A stretch of 63,919 nt of DNA, filler included, from Rhabdomonas costata (taxonomy: Eukaryota): NCBI GenBank assembly GCA_019059605.1. It is 42 parts of 42 records of this genome, joined end to end, with 100 filler letters (N's around TTAATTAATTAA, not from the genome) between each part and the next. Parts side by side here need not be neighbours in the genome. Positions count along the whole stretch, not along the records: positions 36,591 to 38,014 come from JAHMHO010016343.1; positions 38,115 to 39,538 come from JAHMHO010016344.1; positions 39,639 to 41,062 come from JAHMHO010016345.1; positions 41,163 to 42,586 come from JAHMHO010016346.1; positions 42,687 to 44,110 come from JAHMHO010016347.1; positions 44,211 to 45,634 come from JAHMHO010016348.1; positions 45,735 to 47,158 come from JAHMHO010016349.1; positions 47,259 to 48,682 come from JAHMHO010016350.1; 34 more parts are not named here. One strand, written 5' to 3'. This document shows positions 37,337 through 48,600 of this stretch, one piece after another (position 1 is the first letter of the stretch; each line of letters opens with the position of its first letter). The translations under genes were made by a program, and so were the position numbers. The notes under the pieces were generated by a model. The model saw only the letters and a list, made by a program, of their open reading frames with translations. It was not told the origin of the DNA and made no database searches.

Positions 37337-38379
37337 CTGAAACAATATTGGGCCTTTAAGTGCAAACAATCACCAACTTTCGCTAACTACACAAGAGTTT
37401 GTTGCACAAATGGATATGTGTGGTGCTGGAGTTCGGTTTGGAGCACCACCACCGGCGTGAAATCTGTAGGCAGCAGAACGCAGCCCGAGTTTTTGGTGGC
37501 TGTTTACGTGCCTCAAGTTTTCCAACAAACACGCATGGGCCGCGCAATTGTTCACACACACCGCATATGCCATTTAGCTTGACTTCGTGTTTTTTTCCAC
37601 ACCTCTCGCACTCATATGTGCGATGCAGTGATTCAAATTGTTTTTTGCGTTCCATTTCGGAGTAGGCCACCCCTTCCACCTAGCGACCTTCTGCCCTAGT
37701 GCGCCCCAAACCTGCCTCACAATCCGGACACGCTTCTTGCACGAGGTATTTCAGACTTTCCAACATACTGCGCGCACACACACACACACACACACTGTTG
37801 GCCAAGGGCAAATAAATTGAAAAATCTGCAAGAGTCAGGATACAACAAAAAAGTACAGAGCCAGAGGCGCAATGACGAGTGTGTATGGACGCTGGCGGCT
37901 GATCCCAGCAAGACGAAAAGAGGACTTCTTGATCATTCAAACCAACAACGCAATAAGGATAAGTGCATGCAAGCACACACATGCACACACACACACCTTG
38001 TATCGTACCACGCCNNNNNNNNNNNNNNNNNNNNNNNNNNNNNNNNNNNNNNNNNNNNTTAATTAATTAANNNNNNNNNNNNNNNNNNNNNNNNNNNNNN
38101 NNNNNNNNNNNNNNCACCGGGCGGTATCCCAGTGGCTGTGCCGCCCCAGATTCTGGACTTGAGTGCCGTGCTCGAGGAACTGCGTGCCGGCGGCGGCCTC
38201 GAATGGGTCCACCGTCCTCCGCCGTAGCCTCTCTGATGTTTTCAGCAGCATCCTCGCTTCCCCTTTCTTCGTTGCACTGAGGCATTTGTTAGAGTTATCA
38301 CTGTTGGTGGCTCGGATAACTGCTCTGGCTGCATATTCGAGCATTTTTGCTTTGTTGGTGGGGGTGCATTACAGTTTTA

Positions 38380-38574
38380 GATCGGGAGATGATCGGGGAA
38401 TGATCGGGAAACGATCGGGGAATGATCTAGTAATGATCTCAGAACGATCTAGGAACGATCTGGAATGATCTAGGAATGATCTAGAACGATCTGAAATGAT
38501 CTGGAAATGATCTAGGAACGACCTGGAATGGTCTAGGATTGGTCTAGGAATGGTCTAGGAATTGGGAACGGTCC
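38380..38574. repeat. Degenerate 10-11-bp minisatellite, consensus GATCTAGGAAT, roughly 17 units
   Basis: Units drift along the array from GATCGGGGAAT to GATCTAGGAAT to GGTCTAGGAAT. Confidence 0.92.
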
Positions 38575-39216
38575 ACAGCCATTATGAACATTATGCCAAA
38601 TTTTAGAAAACATGTATACTTTCGAACTAGGCATAATGGTCATAACCCCAGCCCTTGCGACACTGGGTGGAGTGTTAGAACCATTACGTGAGAGCAAGAG
38701 TCATTTCCTTCCTCTATCGGGTGTATAAGGTCCCTTCTTCATTTCGCGTGTGCAAGGACGCAACACACAGAAAGACAGCAATGGAGAAAAAGTGGAGGTG
38801 ATAAAAAGTGTCTGTGAAATGAAGATTAACACTCACGTGAGAAATGAGTGAAGAAAAAAAAGGGCGCAAACACGCAAACACGGCTGACAAGCACAGAGGA
38901 CAAGTGCAGACAACAAGCACCAAACCGCGCGGCTTTTGGTTCAATCTTGTTCCGAGCACCAAATCCTCTCTACACTTTAGAGGTTTCGGGTACCAAAACC
39001 CTATATACTTTTGCATCTTGATGAGATTCGGGCATGGAGCTAATATGAAACTTAAGACGACCAAAGAGGAAAAAATTGAAGGATATTTTTTATCAGTGGT
39101 CTGCATAAAGAGATATAAACTAAGGAATATATATTTTTTCCTTGGTTTATATCTCTTTATATTATATATTATGAATAATACGAATATTCTCAACATAATA
39201 TATTTAATATTTAATA

Positions 39217-39538
39217 ATGAATTTTTCAAACGAATATAAGATGAAAATTGCCACGTGGGAAAAGAAGCTTCCAGAAATTGTAAAAGACGACAATTATAAG
39301 TGGACAGCAAAGAATCATAAGAAATTTATTCATAATGCATGTAATACATTTACATGTATTATGAAAACACACATGATGAACACATTACGTGTATGAATAT
39401 ATAACAACACATTATGAGAACAAAAACACGTTAAAAGGGCATATATCATTGTTATCTAGAATTAGATACACTGCCCGGTATACAGATGAAATATTCAAAA
39501 ATAGCTACCAATCTTAATTTTGAGTTACAAACCAAAAA
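39217..39538 (+). pseudogene. AT-rich decayed intronless gene, possibly the N-terminus of a Polinton-like-virus/NCLDV tyrosine-recombinase-like protein
   Basis: MNFSNEYKMKIATWEKKLPEIVKDDNYKWTAKNHKK, then a hairpin insertion/frameshift, then YEYITTHYENKNTLKGHISLLSRI; AT-rich codons unlike host exons. Confidence 0.4.
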
Positions 39539-39800
39539 NNNNNNNNNNNNNNNNNNNNNNNNNNNNNNNNNNNNNNNNNNNNTTAATTAATTAANNNNNN
39601 NNNNNNNNNNNNNNNNNNNNNNNNNNNNNNNNNNNNNNGTGGTGTGTGGATCCCTGGCTATCCGAAAGAACTGTAGATGTCAGGGTGTTCCGATGATCTT
39701 TTTTGGAGGGGTGTTCTTATTTCAAAGGAGGGTGGGGGGGTGAGGAGGTTGTGTCATGTGTCCAGGGCAGAAGGGTGCGGTGTGCTCTTCTCTCTGGCAG

Positions 39801-39912
39801 ATACGTGGTGCACTACGATCTTCCTTCGTCGATGGAGCGGCTGTACCAGGAATCCGGGCGAGCAGGCCGCGATGGGCAACCGAGCACCCATATTTTGTAC
39901 TTCTCCTCTGAG
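39801..39912 (+). CDS. RecQ-family DNA helicase exon (motif VI)
   Basis: YVVHYDLPSSMERLYQESGRAGRDGQPS, bounded by AG and GT. Confidence 0.96.
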
Positions 39913-41211
39913 GTGAGGCAAGAAAAAAGGCGGCCAGTTTGGTTTTCCAACTTTCATTCACACACACACACGCACACCGTGTGTGCATTCAATGAAATCT
40001 AAAGCTTGCCATCACAACACGGCCTTTCTCCGGTCATTTGTGTTATCTGCATCATTTTTCTTTGGTCATCTGACTTTTTGTAACCATCGGCTCCACCATT
40101 TGCGCTGCCTAAATTTTGTCGGGGGGTTTTCCCGCCTCTTCCGGCTGTCAAGGAAAGCTGGATTTTGACCGCGAATAAACTAGCAGCGTATTGTTGGAAG
40201 GAGTTGCTGTGTTGGCTTAAGGGGGTCCATTTAGTGTTGTGTGAGGGGCTGTGCGGTCAAATTCTGCTGACAATTGCTGGTCCTGTCCATGTCGAATGCT
40301 TCCGGACCGCCTGGTTCAGGATTTTCTCCACCACCCCCACCTCACCCCACTACCTCCTCCGGTGATGGTAGGATTACCGCAGGCAGGCCCGGCTGATTCA
40401 GCGGGAGACCCCCCGGGACTCTCCCCAGAGGGCTGCCTCGCTGGGCGCCCTGGAGGCAGTGCTGCGGTACTCCTTCGCCGGTGTGGACGTGGAGGCTCTG
40501 TGGACGGAGGCAAAGGTTCTAACACCTGAGTTGTTTCATTAGGAGAGGGAGAGGATATGCCAGAAATAACTGGTGGACGCAAACTAAAGTCAAGAGTAGG
40601 GGGACAAACTTTTCAACCAAGCAGAGACTACTCCGTTAACCTCGCCTTGTGCTGCTTGCTGCTGCTTATTGCTGAGCAGGCCCTCCCAGCGCAGCACCTA
40701 ACATCAAGCGGTGTCCCAGTGCACATTGCCTCCGCATACATGTCCCACTGTGTGATTGCTCCCTCCAACCAAGATTGGAACCCCGCCATGTATTTCCTTT
40801 CGCGATTCTTCACCATTCCTGCCCGCCTTACCATCGGCACCATCGGCACCATTTTGTAGATTGGAGTTCTCTCGCGGCGGGCGATTTCAGTGGTGCCCGC
40901 GCTCCTCCCCGCCGGTGGTCCTCCCGGGGCCCTTCCTTGTGTGCCACCTCTTGCATTTGCCGATCAGGCTGGGGACCTGCTTCGGTCCTCCATGTCCACC
41001 TTTGGACCGGGGTTTGCCATCCGGCGTACCACAGGGCCAGGAGGGTGCCTCACCCCCACCCCNNNNNNNNNNNNNNNNNNNNNNNNNNNNNNNNNNNNNN
41101 NNNNNNTTAATTAATTAANNNNNNNNNNNNNNNNNNNNNNNNNNNNNNNNNNNNNNNNNNNNGTTGGGGTGTTCATACTTTTGGCAAACGTAGATTGGGA
41201 AACAAACCATG

Positions 41212-41364
41212 CAACGTTTGCCAAAAGTATGAACACCCCCCCTCCCTCCCAATCTACAATGTTGTGGCCAGGGATGTGATGCACAAACTCTTTCCGTGCC
41301 ACAACATTGTAGGTTGGTGGGAGTGGGGTAGAGAACGGGTGTTCAAACATATTGTCAAACGTTG
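41212..41364. mobile_element. Tc1/mariner-type MITE (~153 bp)
   Basis: Imperfect ~27-bp TIRs CAACGTTTGCCAAAAGTATGAACACCC / GGGTGTTCAAACATATTGTCAAACGTTG; internal IR TACAATGTTGTGGC/GCCACAACATTGTA; TG on both flanks. A third TIR copy lies at 41166..41191. Confidence 0.7.
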
Positions 41365-41465
41365 TGTTTGGGAGGTATGGCAAAAAAAAAGAGGGTTGGC
41401 TGGAAGAAGGCAAGCGAAAAGAGTTTTTTTGCAATGGCGGAAGAGAAGTCAGAAGCGTGCCGCAG

Positions 41466-41765
41466 TATAGGGATGGTCCATACCCTCAATAAGCACAGCG
41501 GTGACCCCGGGAGGCGGCGATGAGGCGCAACCTCTTCCCCATCGTGTCGACGGTGGTGGAGTGGAGGCCGGCCACGCGTCGCAGGGTCTCCTCCACGCGT
41601 GGGCGAACTGCTGCTCCGTCCCCTGCTCGATGCGATTCTGCAGGGCGTCCCAGATGCTTGGTGAGGTGGAAGACGTTCTTGATGGGGTTAAGGTTGGGGG
41701 AGCGGGCGGGGATCCGCAGCCTCGCCGCTCCCGCCGCGGCGAACGCCCCGCCCCGGTGTGAACAC
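41466..41765 (-). mobile_element. Tc1/mariner (DD34E-like) transposase relic, C-terminal part with probable right end
   Basis: IPARSPNLNPIKNVFH (SPDLNPIEN motif, mutated), a frameshift, then DTMGKRLRLIAASRGHRCAY* (SM..R...VI...G...Y). TATAGGGATGGTCCA just downstream resembles TA-CAGGGTGGTCCA-type termini. Confidence 0.88.
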
Positions 41766-44700
41766 ATGCGTTTGAGAAATCAGAATCCACGAAAGGATGA
41801 TTTCCTTAAAACGCAAAAAAAAACGCAGGCATATGAGGCGCATGCGAGATCGTGAGGTCGCGACCGCCGCTGCTGAAGAGGCGTTCCCGCAATGTTGAGA
41901 AATCCTGGCAATTTGGCCCTGAAAAAACTACCCTTGCGGCGCCATTTTGGTACGGCGATAACATGACATCCCAGGCCGGCCTCACAATCTTTATCGCCCT
42001 TTCATGTTCTGGCCCCTTGCGCAAATTTGATTCTTGGGTTTTGGAACTTTTGATCCAAAGCCCCAAAGTTTTTGCCACGAAGCCAGGAAACATACGCTTA
42101 GAAATACCGCTCCATCAAGCCATTACGGCATCCTCGCATCCTACTGCAACCCCTCGAAACAATAACCCACCAAGAAACACAGGCTAGAATACCCAAAACA
42201 TCAGGCCATGAAATCATCCTTCTACCCTTCAACACCCACCCTCTGACACACGAAGCCATTTAACATACGCGTACGAAACAGCATCACAGCACTCAAGATA
42301 GAAACTTTGACACAAAACCACACACAATATCCCTCACACACCAACCCTTAAAGACGCGCTTGCAGGAACACACATGACAGAGTCATTAGGTACAGCGGGA
42401 GATTGGTTGGAGAGACTGAGAAACATGACACCGTGACACCATGAGACTCTGAGACTGAGACGCATCAACCCAACAGACCGGAAGACACAACAAGACAACC
42501 AACAGCACGATAACCCAACTTATCAACCACCAAGCACCATCAACGCACTGACCAACACATCGACCCACAGCACAAGCCCTGACAACNNNNNNNNNNNNNN
42601 NNNNNNNNNNNNNNNNNNNNNNNNNNNNNNTTAATTAATTAANNNNNNNNNNNNNNNNNNNNNNNNNNNNNNNNNNNNNNNNNNNNGGGGGTGGTGGGGG
42701 TCACCGTGTATACTGAGTATTATAAGGCTAATGAAGCTAAAGCTGAAGCTGTCTTCTTTTTTCTGCAGTTCCGAGGGGATCGAGGAGCATGAGGAGGAGG
42801 AGGAAGTATGAGGAAGATGAAACAAAAATGCATTGGGTCTTTTTTTCTGGAGTATGGTCGTGATCACCAATCAAATCTCTTTCATTGTGGTGCCAATGAC
42901 ACCAGTTTTATGGAGTGAGCACCAAACAGAACCTCGTCAGCCTGCTTTATTTTGAAGTTTATTTACGACTCATTGTTTCTGCTGAGGTCCAAGTGCCTAC
43001 GACGCTAAAACGCAGGAATTCTTCAAACAAGATACTAATAGCCAGAGAAAAAGTACTGCCTTGTTTGCTGTATACGAACAAGCAGATGTCCCTTGTTGCA
43101 AAACCAGCAACATGAAGTTAGTCTCTCTCACATACTGCGCCGTGGCTGATCCTTGCTTGCCTTCCTCAAAAACGCGGGGGTTCCGAAAGACGCCAAAGAC
43201 AGCGACAAGCATCAGCATTTATGAATACCGGGAGGAAAAGAACGAAACACCCGCTTACTGTGGCAAGTCCAGCCCACATCGTGCGCTCGGCAGCTTCTGC
43301 GGAGAGCCTTCGTCACGGAAGAAATGAAGATGACCCCGAAGATGACCAATCACACAACAGCCCGGCTAGGGTCACGAAATTGTTGAAGTGCGGCATTCTT
43401 GATTCGAATTCAAACGATACACAGGAAAATCGTCGTGTACCTATGTGACCCATGGTACCCGCCGGACGGGATTCGTCTCTTGATGCCAAGGGTAAGTTAC
43501 CCCGTACGCGTTCCGGAAGTACCAAAAATCCTGCTCCCGGCAACACACGAACTGGCCCCCTCGTAAACTATACTTAGGGATAGCAAGGGTAGTTGTTCCT
43601 TTCAGGCGGCTGAAAGTCACTGAGGCAGCCCTGCATTAGTCACACCTGCAGCACAAACAGGCTCTTATATGGTAAAAACTGACAGCTATGTCTGAACACA
43701 GCCTGAGCTTGCAGGGCTAATAAAGGACGTTAAATCCAACCAAACTGTCTAATTCCGTCCGCCTCCCCCTTAGTCCAATGCAACTTGATTCCATCTGGGC
43801 ATTTTGATACCCAGGGCTTTTTTGTTAGCCTGTTTGCTCTCTCATCCTTTTGGTTTGGGTTTGTATGTCCAGTTTTTTTTTTAAGTTTGTATGTATGGTT
43901 CAGTCTTCAGCACCTAACCCCCCCCCCTCAGTACCCAATCTTCTCCATCGCCCTGTGGGGACGTTGGCGAAGCCCCAGCTCTCTCCAAAGTTATGTGGAA
44001 CCCTTCGCCCCCCTCCAGCCCCTTCCTCCCCAGCTTTCCATCTGGATCACCTCTCTCTTCATTGCCACTGTGCACTCTGTGGCCTTCACATGTCCTACAG
44101 CACCACACAANNNNNNNNNNNNNNNNNNNNNNNNNNNNNNNNNNNNNNNNNNNNTTAATTAATTAANNNNNNNNNNNNNNNNNNNNNNNNNNNNNNNNNN
44201 NNNNNNNNNNGGGGGGGGTGTGTGGACATGTGCATGCTGCCGTTTGGGGACTTTGCAGCCGTTGACAATTGCTTTGATGGTACACCGCGAAAGGAAAAGC
44301 CTGTGTGCTAAAAAGGGATGCCTAGGGACCGAGTATTCCCTGTCCTGATGTGATTTCTGTTGAAAGTTGGTTGGACTGCAAGGCAAAACCCTTTCCAAGA
44401 ACAGCACACTTTACTCTCAGCACCTCGCAGGCAGCATTTGTCAGAAGACTGGGCTTCTGGGTGTCTGCTGACACGCGCGACCGGAAAATTCAGATGACGT
44501 CACATGGCATTTCGGCAGACACCCTCTCAAACCCAATACACCTGAAATACCAGCAGTGCGTAGAGTCTGCAACGAACTTTAAAATCCCATCCTCCACCCT
44601 CTCTCCGAACGGTGGTGAGGCCCGCGATAACCACAAATCTATCTATGGAAAGGGTCTCACACAGCACCATGATGCTGTCCTCGGTGGAGCTGTTGTCCAG

Positions 44701-46424
44701 CTTCCCTCCGCGCTGCTTCTTCTCCAGATAGTTGTTTGCTGCGGAACGCAAGAAAGCGTACGGCTTTTTCTCAGTACCTGTGGCAAACCCTCCACTCTGG
44801 ATCGGCCCCGTTTCCAGTCACTCTGTTTAGGCCACGTTCTTTGTCGCAAGTGTATCAACGATGCTCAGTTGAATGGCTCAGAAAAACCACCGAACCACCA
44901 GCTCACAAGGAAATAGTGGTTGCAGCAACCTTCGGTTTCCTTCTGCCCCATGGCCGTTGCAAACCAGCCGGCGTAGGCCCCGGCGGGGTCGACTTTAAAC
45001 AGCCGCGGAGCGAAGGTCTGCGATTAAAAAACACATGTGCATCAGCAATTCGTGTGCAACACAGATAATCACAGACCACAGACCATGAGTACCAATGAAA
45101 AACGCACAGTCAAAGGGGCCAAAACCTGAACCTACGGTCTTAAGGGCACACAAAGTTCGGCAGTGGTGGGGAAATAGGTAAAGAAATGAATGATGACGGC
45201 GAATCAGCTCCGGAATTCTTCGTGAACAAAAATAATGGTGGTTGATCCAAAAAAAAAAAGGCAATGAGGGCAACCTCTGGACAAACGAAAGAAATCAGAA
45301 AGAAAATGGGATATAATGGATCATCAAATAACGGATCAAATTCGGCGCTGATCTCTCATTAAAAACAGAAACAACAAAGCTTTGTCACAGCAAACTGTAG
45401 AGTTCAGGTGTTGGCGGGAAGGGAAGCACAACGACGTTACCAAGGAAAACAGCCACAAAACCGGACAATAACAGAAACAAGGATTGCCCCCCCCCCCACA
45501 AATACAGTAATTAATGTGAGCTGTACCGGATGGAAGACGACGAGCGAAACGGGACGCAGCAAAGCAGGAAGTGTGTGTGCGTGTGTGTGGAGGGGCGGGA
45601 TAAAAAACAACGAAAGTGAGGGTCCACACACAACNNNNNNNNNNNNNNNNNNNNNNNNNNNNNNNNNNNNNNNNNNNNTTAATTAATTAANNNNNNNNNN
45701 NNNNNNNNNNNNNNNNNNNNNNNNNNNNNNNNNNCCCCCTTTTTCCCGCAGCCAACCCAACTGTGTGCAACAAAATACCCCCGTTGCACACTTTGTGTTT
45801 CACCGATTATCATAGGTCAGGTTCGCTTGCAGAGGACCCGCTGCTTTGCGCAAGCTGCCCCACTGCATCACAGGCTTGCTTCTGGTCAGACGAAAACACA
45901 CCGGAGTGCCGAGTGCGCAGCAGCTGCCGCACGCAACACACCAAGAGCCTGAATCGAGGAGGTTGCAGAGGGGCATAACTCAAGAGGTCGACGAAGCACG
46001 GCAGAGTACAACGCAGGGTCGGAAGAGTGAGAGAAGATCATATGAGGCATTTCCGACGTCCAACTCCGGAACGGAGAAAACCGAAGAGAGCGTAAAGAAC
46101 TGCTGCTCCTCGGGGGGTACAGGCGGAGAATTCCTACGCGCTCGTCACCAAAGCAGCTCACACAATCACGCGGAGATGCACAGGCTTGCAGCTCATAATG
46201 TACACGGGGAAGGTTTTTGATCATGCAGCAGGCGGCTGAAACGGAGCGGAGAGCATGGACGCACGCTCAACACCCCTACTCCCCCACGACGCCCATCATC
46301 ACAGGGACACCGACAGAACGGTAAGGAGGCTGAGCCCCAGGCAGGAATAGCAAACGAACAGCACCTGAGCGAATAATTCCGACAAACCACAACCAACATC
46401 CAGCGGCGCCCCCCCCCCTCAGTA

Positions 46425-46576
46425 GGTGGGTCCACCGAATTTGAGCTGTCAACTGGTGCTTTTATGGGCCCCTTCCTGAGAGTGCATGGGGTTAGGGAGA
46501 TGCACGTGTCCCCTGGGACAGCGGGTTGGGGCCCATAAAAGCACCAGTTCACAGCTGAAATACGGTGGGCCCAACC
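46425..46576. mobile_element. MITE-like fold-back element with ~50-bp imperfect TIRs
   Basis: AGCTGTCAACTGGTGCTTTTATGGGCCC versus GGGCCCATAAAAGCACCAGTTCACAGCT (27/28), extending outward with a few mismatches; contig-internal. Confidence 0.7.
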
Positions 46577-47536
46577 GCTTCTCAGACACAACACTGACCA
46601 CACCGGAAGTTGGTGTTGAGATTAGAATCGCTGCCCCTAAAAAATCCCTTTTGATTTCAAGTTTCGTAAGATATCGCTGTGAACACTTTTGGATTTTGTG
46701 ACAAAACACGATCACTTTTTGACTTTTCAAACAGGTTTTTGGGAGAAAGGTGTTCCTCCCGGTTGTACTCACGCGTCTGTATAGTTACGTAAAAACAAAG
46801 TAGAATTCACAATTCACTTTTGGAAATGCTTTGTTGACCCCAAGGGCCACGTGCGGACAGTATGAAGGCTCAAAACACCAGGGATTAGGCGAAGCAAAAG
46901 AAAAATGAGGCATTTCAATTGGGTGCTTACTCCCCTGTGAAGCCACCGCTGTTGAAAACCTTGGGAGGGAGAAAGAAACGAGCCCATGGCGACATTAAAA
47001 CCCCTCGCTTTCCCTGAAATCAGGCGCTTCTCCATAAAAAGGTAGCCTGGAGAAGTTGCTTTGCTCACCGAAGACATTGCAGTACGTGGAGTGCATCGTT
47101 CATCCACTGCATCACTCCTCGTGAACCATACCCCGTCCGAGAGCCCTTCCCAACAACCNNNNNNNNNNNNNNNNNNNNNNNNNNNNNNNNNNNNNNNNNN
47201 NNTTAATTAATTAANNNNNNNNNNNNNNNNNNNNNNNNNNNNNNNNNNNNNNNNNNNNCACAAACACACACACAGCCACTCAGGCTGCCTCAGCATAGTA
47301 TACTTGTTTCTGCAACTCTGTGCTGCAAAAACGTATTTCAGCTCAACACCAATCACCCTTCTTGTGACCCCTCCCCCCCTCCCCGGGGTGGCCACGCAAT
47401 CTTCTGCACTCAGAGATATTGACACACCGAAAAAGCACTCGCACCCCAAACAGCCCAACCCCGCGAAGGGTGGACCTGGGGGAGAATTCGCCGGGCTTCA
47501 GAAACCCAGAGTCAGTATAACCCCTCCAAGAGTCTT

Positions 47537-48600
47537 TCAGGCAACCGCTGTGCTCGGTGGGGCCACTGGGGTTGGCAATGGGGATGGGTGTGGAAGGGAG
47601 GCCAAAGGGTATTTCATTGCGGCCAAACCATGCGCTACCGTGACCACGGTGGACCCGACCGCAAGCTCCACCCCCACGATTGTCAGAACGGCGCACAGCC
47701 CCTGCTGCACCCATCCCAGGGCGTGTCGCCGCGCCACCAGCGTCAGCACGCACGGGAACACCACGCTGGTGGTCATGCTGAGCAGCGCCCCGCTGAGACC
47801 CAGCACCACTGCGAACTCCGGAAGCAGCAGCGCCATCCCGCAGCACGCCAGGCACAGCAGGGTGCGGCACACAACCCTATCATCCCAAACCAAGGGAGGG
47901 CACAGATGGACAAAGCGAAAGTGCGTGCACAGGCTTGATGTCGGCGTTTAGGCAGCTGGAAACGTCATAAAACACTGAGGGGTATGCCTTAGGTTTCACA
48001 GCTACGGAAGTTGGGAAATACCTTCTATATCTCAGGCAGGGCCCCCAAGCGCATTGTACTAACATAAAGAAGTGTCTCCGTGCGTGTAAATCCCTCTTGG
48101 AAGCCGGGTCCCGGGTCTCCGTTCCCCTGAGAGCCCCTTCCAGTGACCAAGCGAGCATAGAGAATCGGATCCAGGGCCAGTGTCATGGAGACCTTCGCCC
48201 CCGGTGACGGGATGGGCACACTGCCCTCGTCGTATTGTACACGTATTTTACAATTGTCATCAGTGACCATGTGAGAGAAGCTGACGAAGGAAGAAGAGTG
48301 CTGCGAGGGAACGGGAAGACCCGTATTAGGTGGTGCCTCCACATCCCAGGCACACTTTCAGTGCTGCAGCCGCTGGCGCTGGGCCCCAGCACGGCGGCTT
48401 CCACGCGCTGTTCCAAGGGCAGCGCGAGGCCATTGAAGCCCAGCGCAAACTTCGTATAGGCCATCACCACAATGACCCACTCAACGACCCGGGAAAGAAC
48501 CCGTTGCGGCGGGAAGTTCAGGATCAGCACCCCCTTGACGTTTCCCTTGTACGTCCCAAAGGCCAGCACGGAAACGAATAGATACACCACAGTGACCACC
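47537..48600 (-). CDS. Amino-acid transporter (Aa_trans, AVT1-like), 3' part (exons starting at 48600 and 47876)
   Basis: VYLFVSVLAFGTYKGNVKGVLILNFP...YTKFAL...LALPLE and RTLL...ALLLPEFAVVLGLSGALLSMTTSVVFPC. Confidence 0.9.

Noticed and set aside
39072-39079. AAAATTGA, the mimivirus early-promoter motif
   Set aside because: A single 8-mer in AT-rich DNA, about 140 nt upstream of the ATG with a hairpin in between; likely chance.
42337-42348. ACACCAACCC, similar to the kinetoplast minicircle CSB-3 (reverse complement of GGGGTTGGTGTA)
   Set aside because: Only 10/12 match within an A/C-rich tract, with no CSB-1/CSB-2 seen, on a contig carrying nuclear transposon relics.
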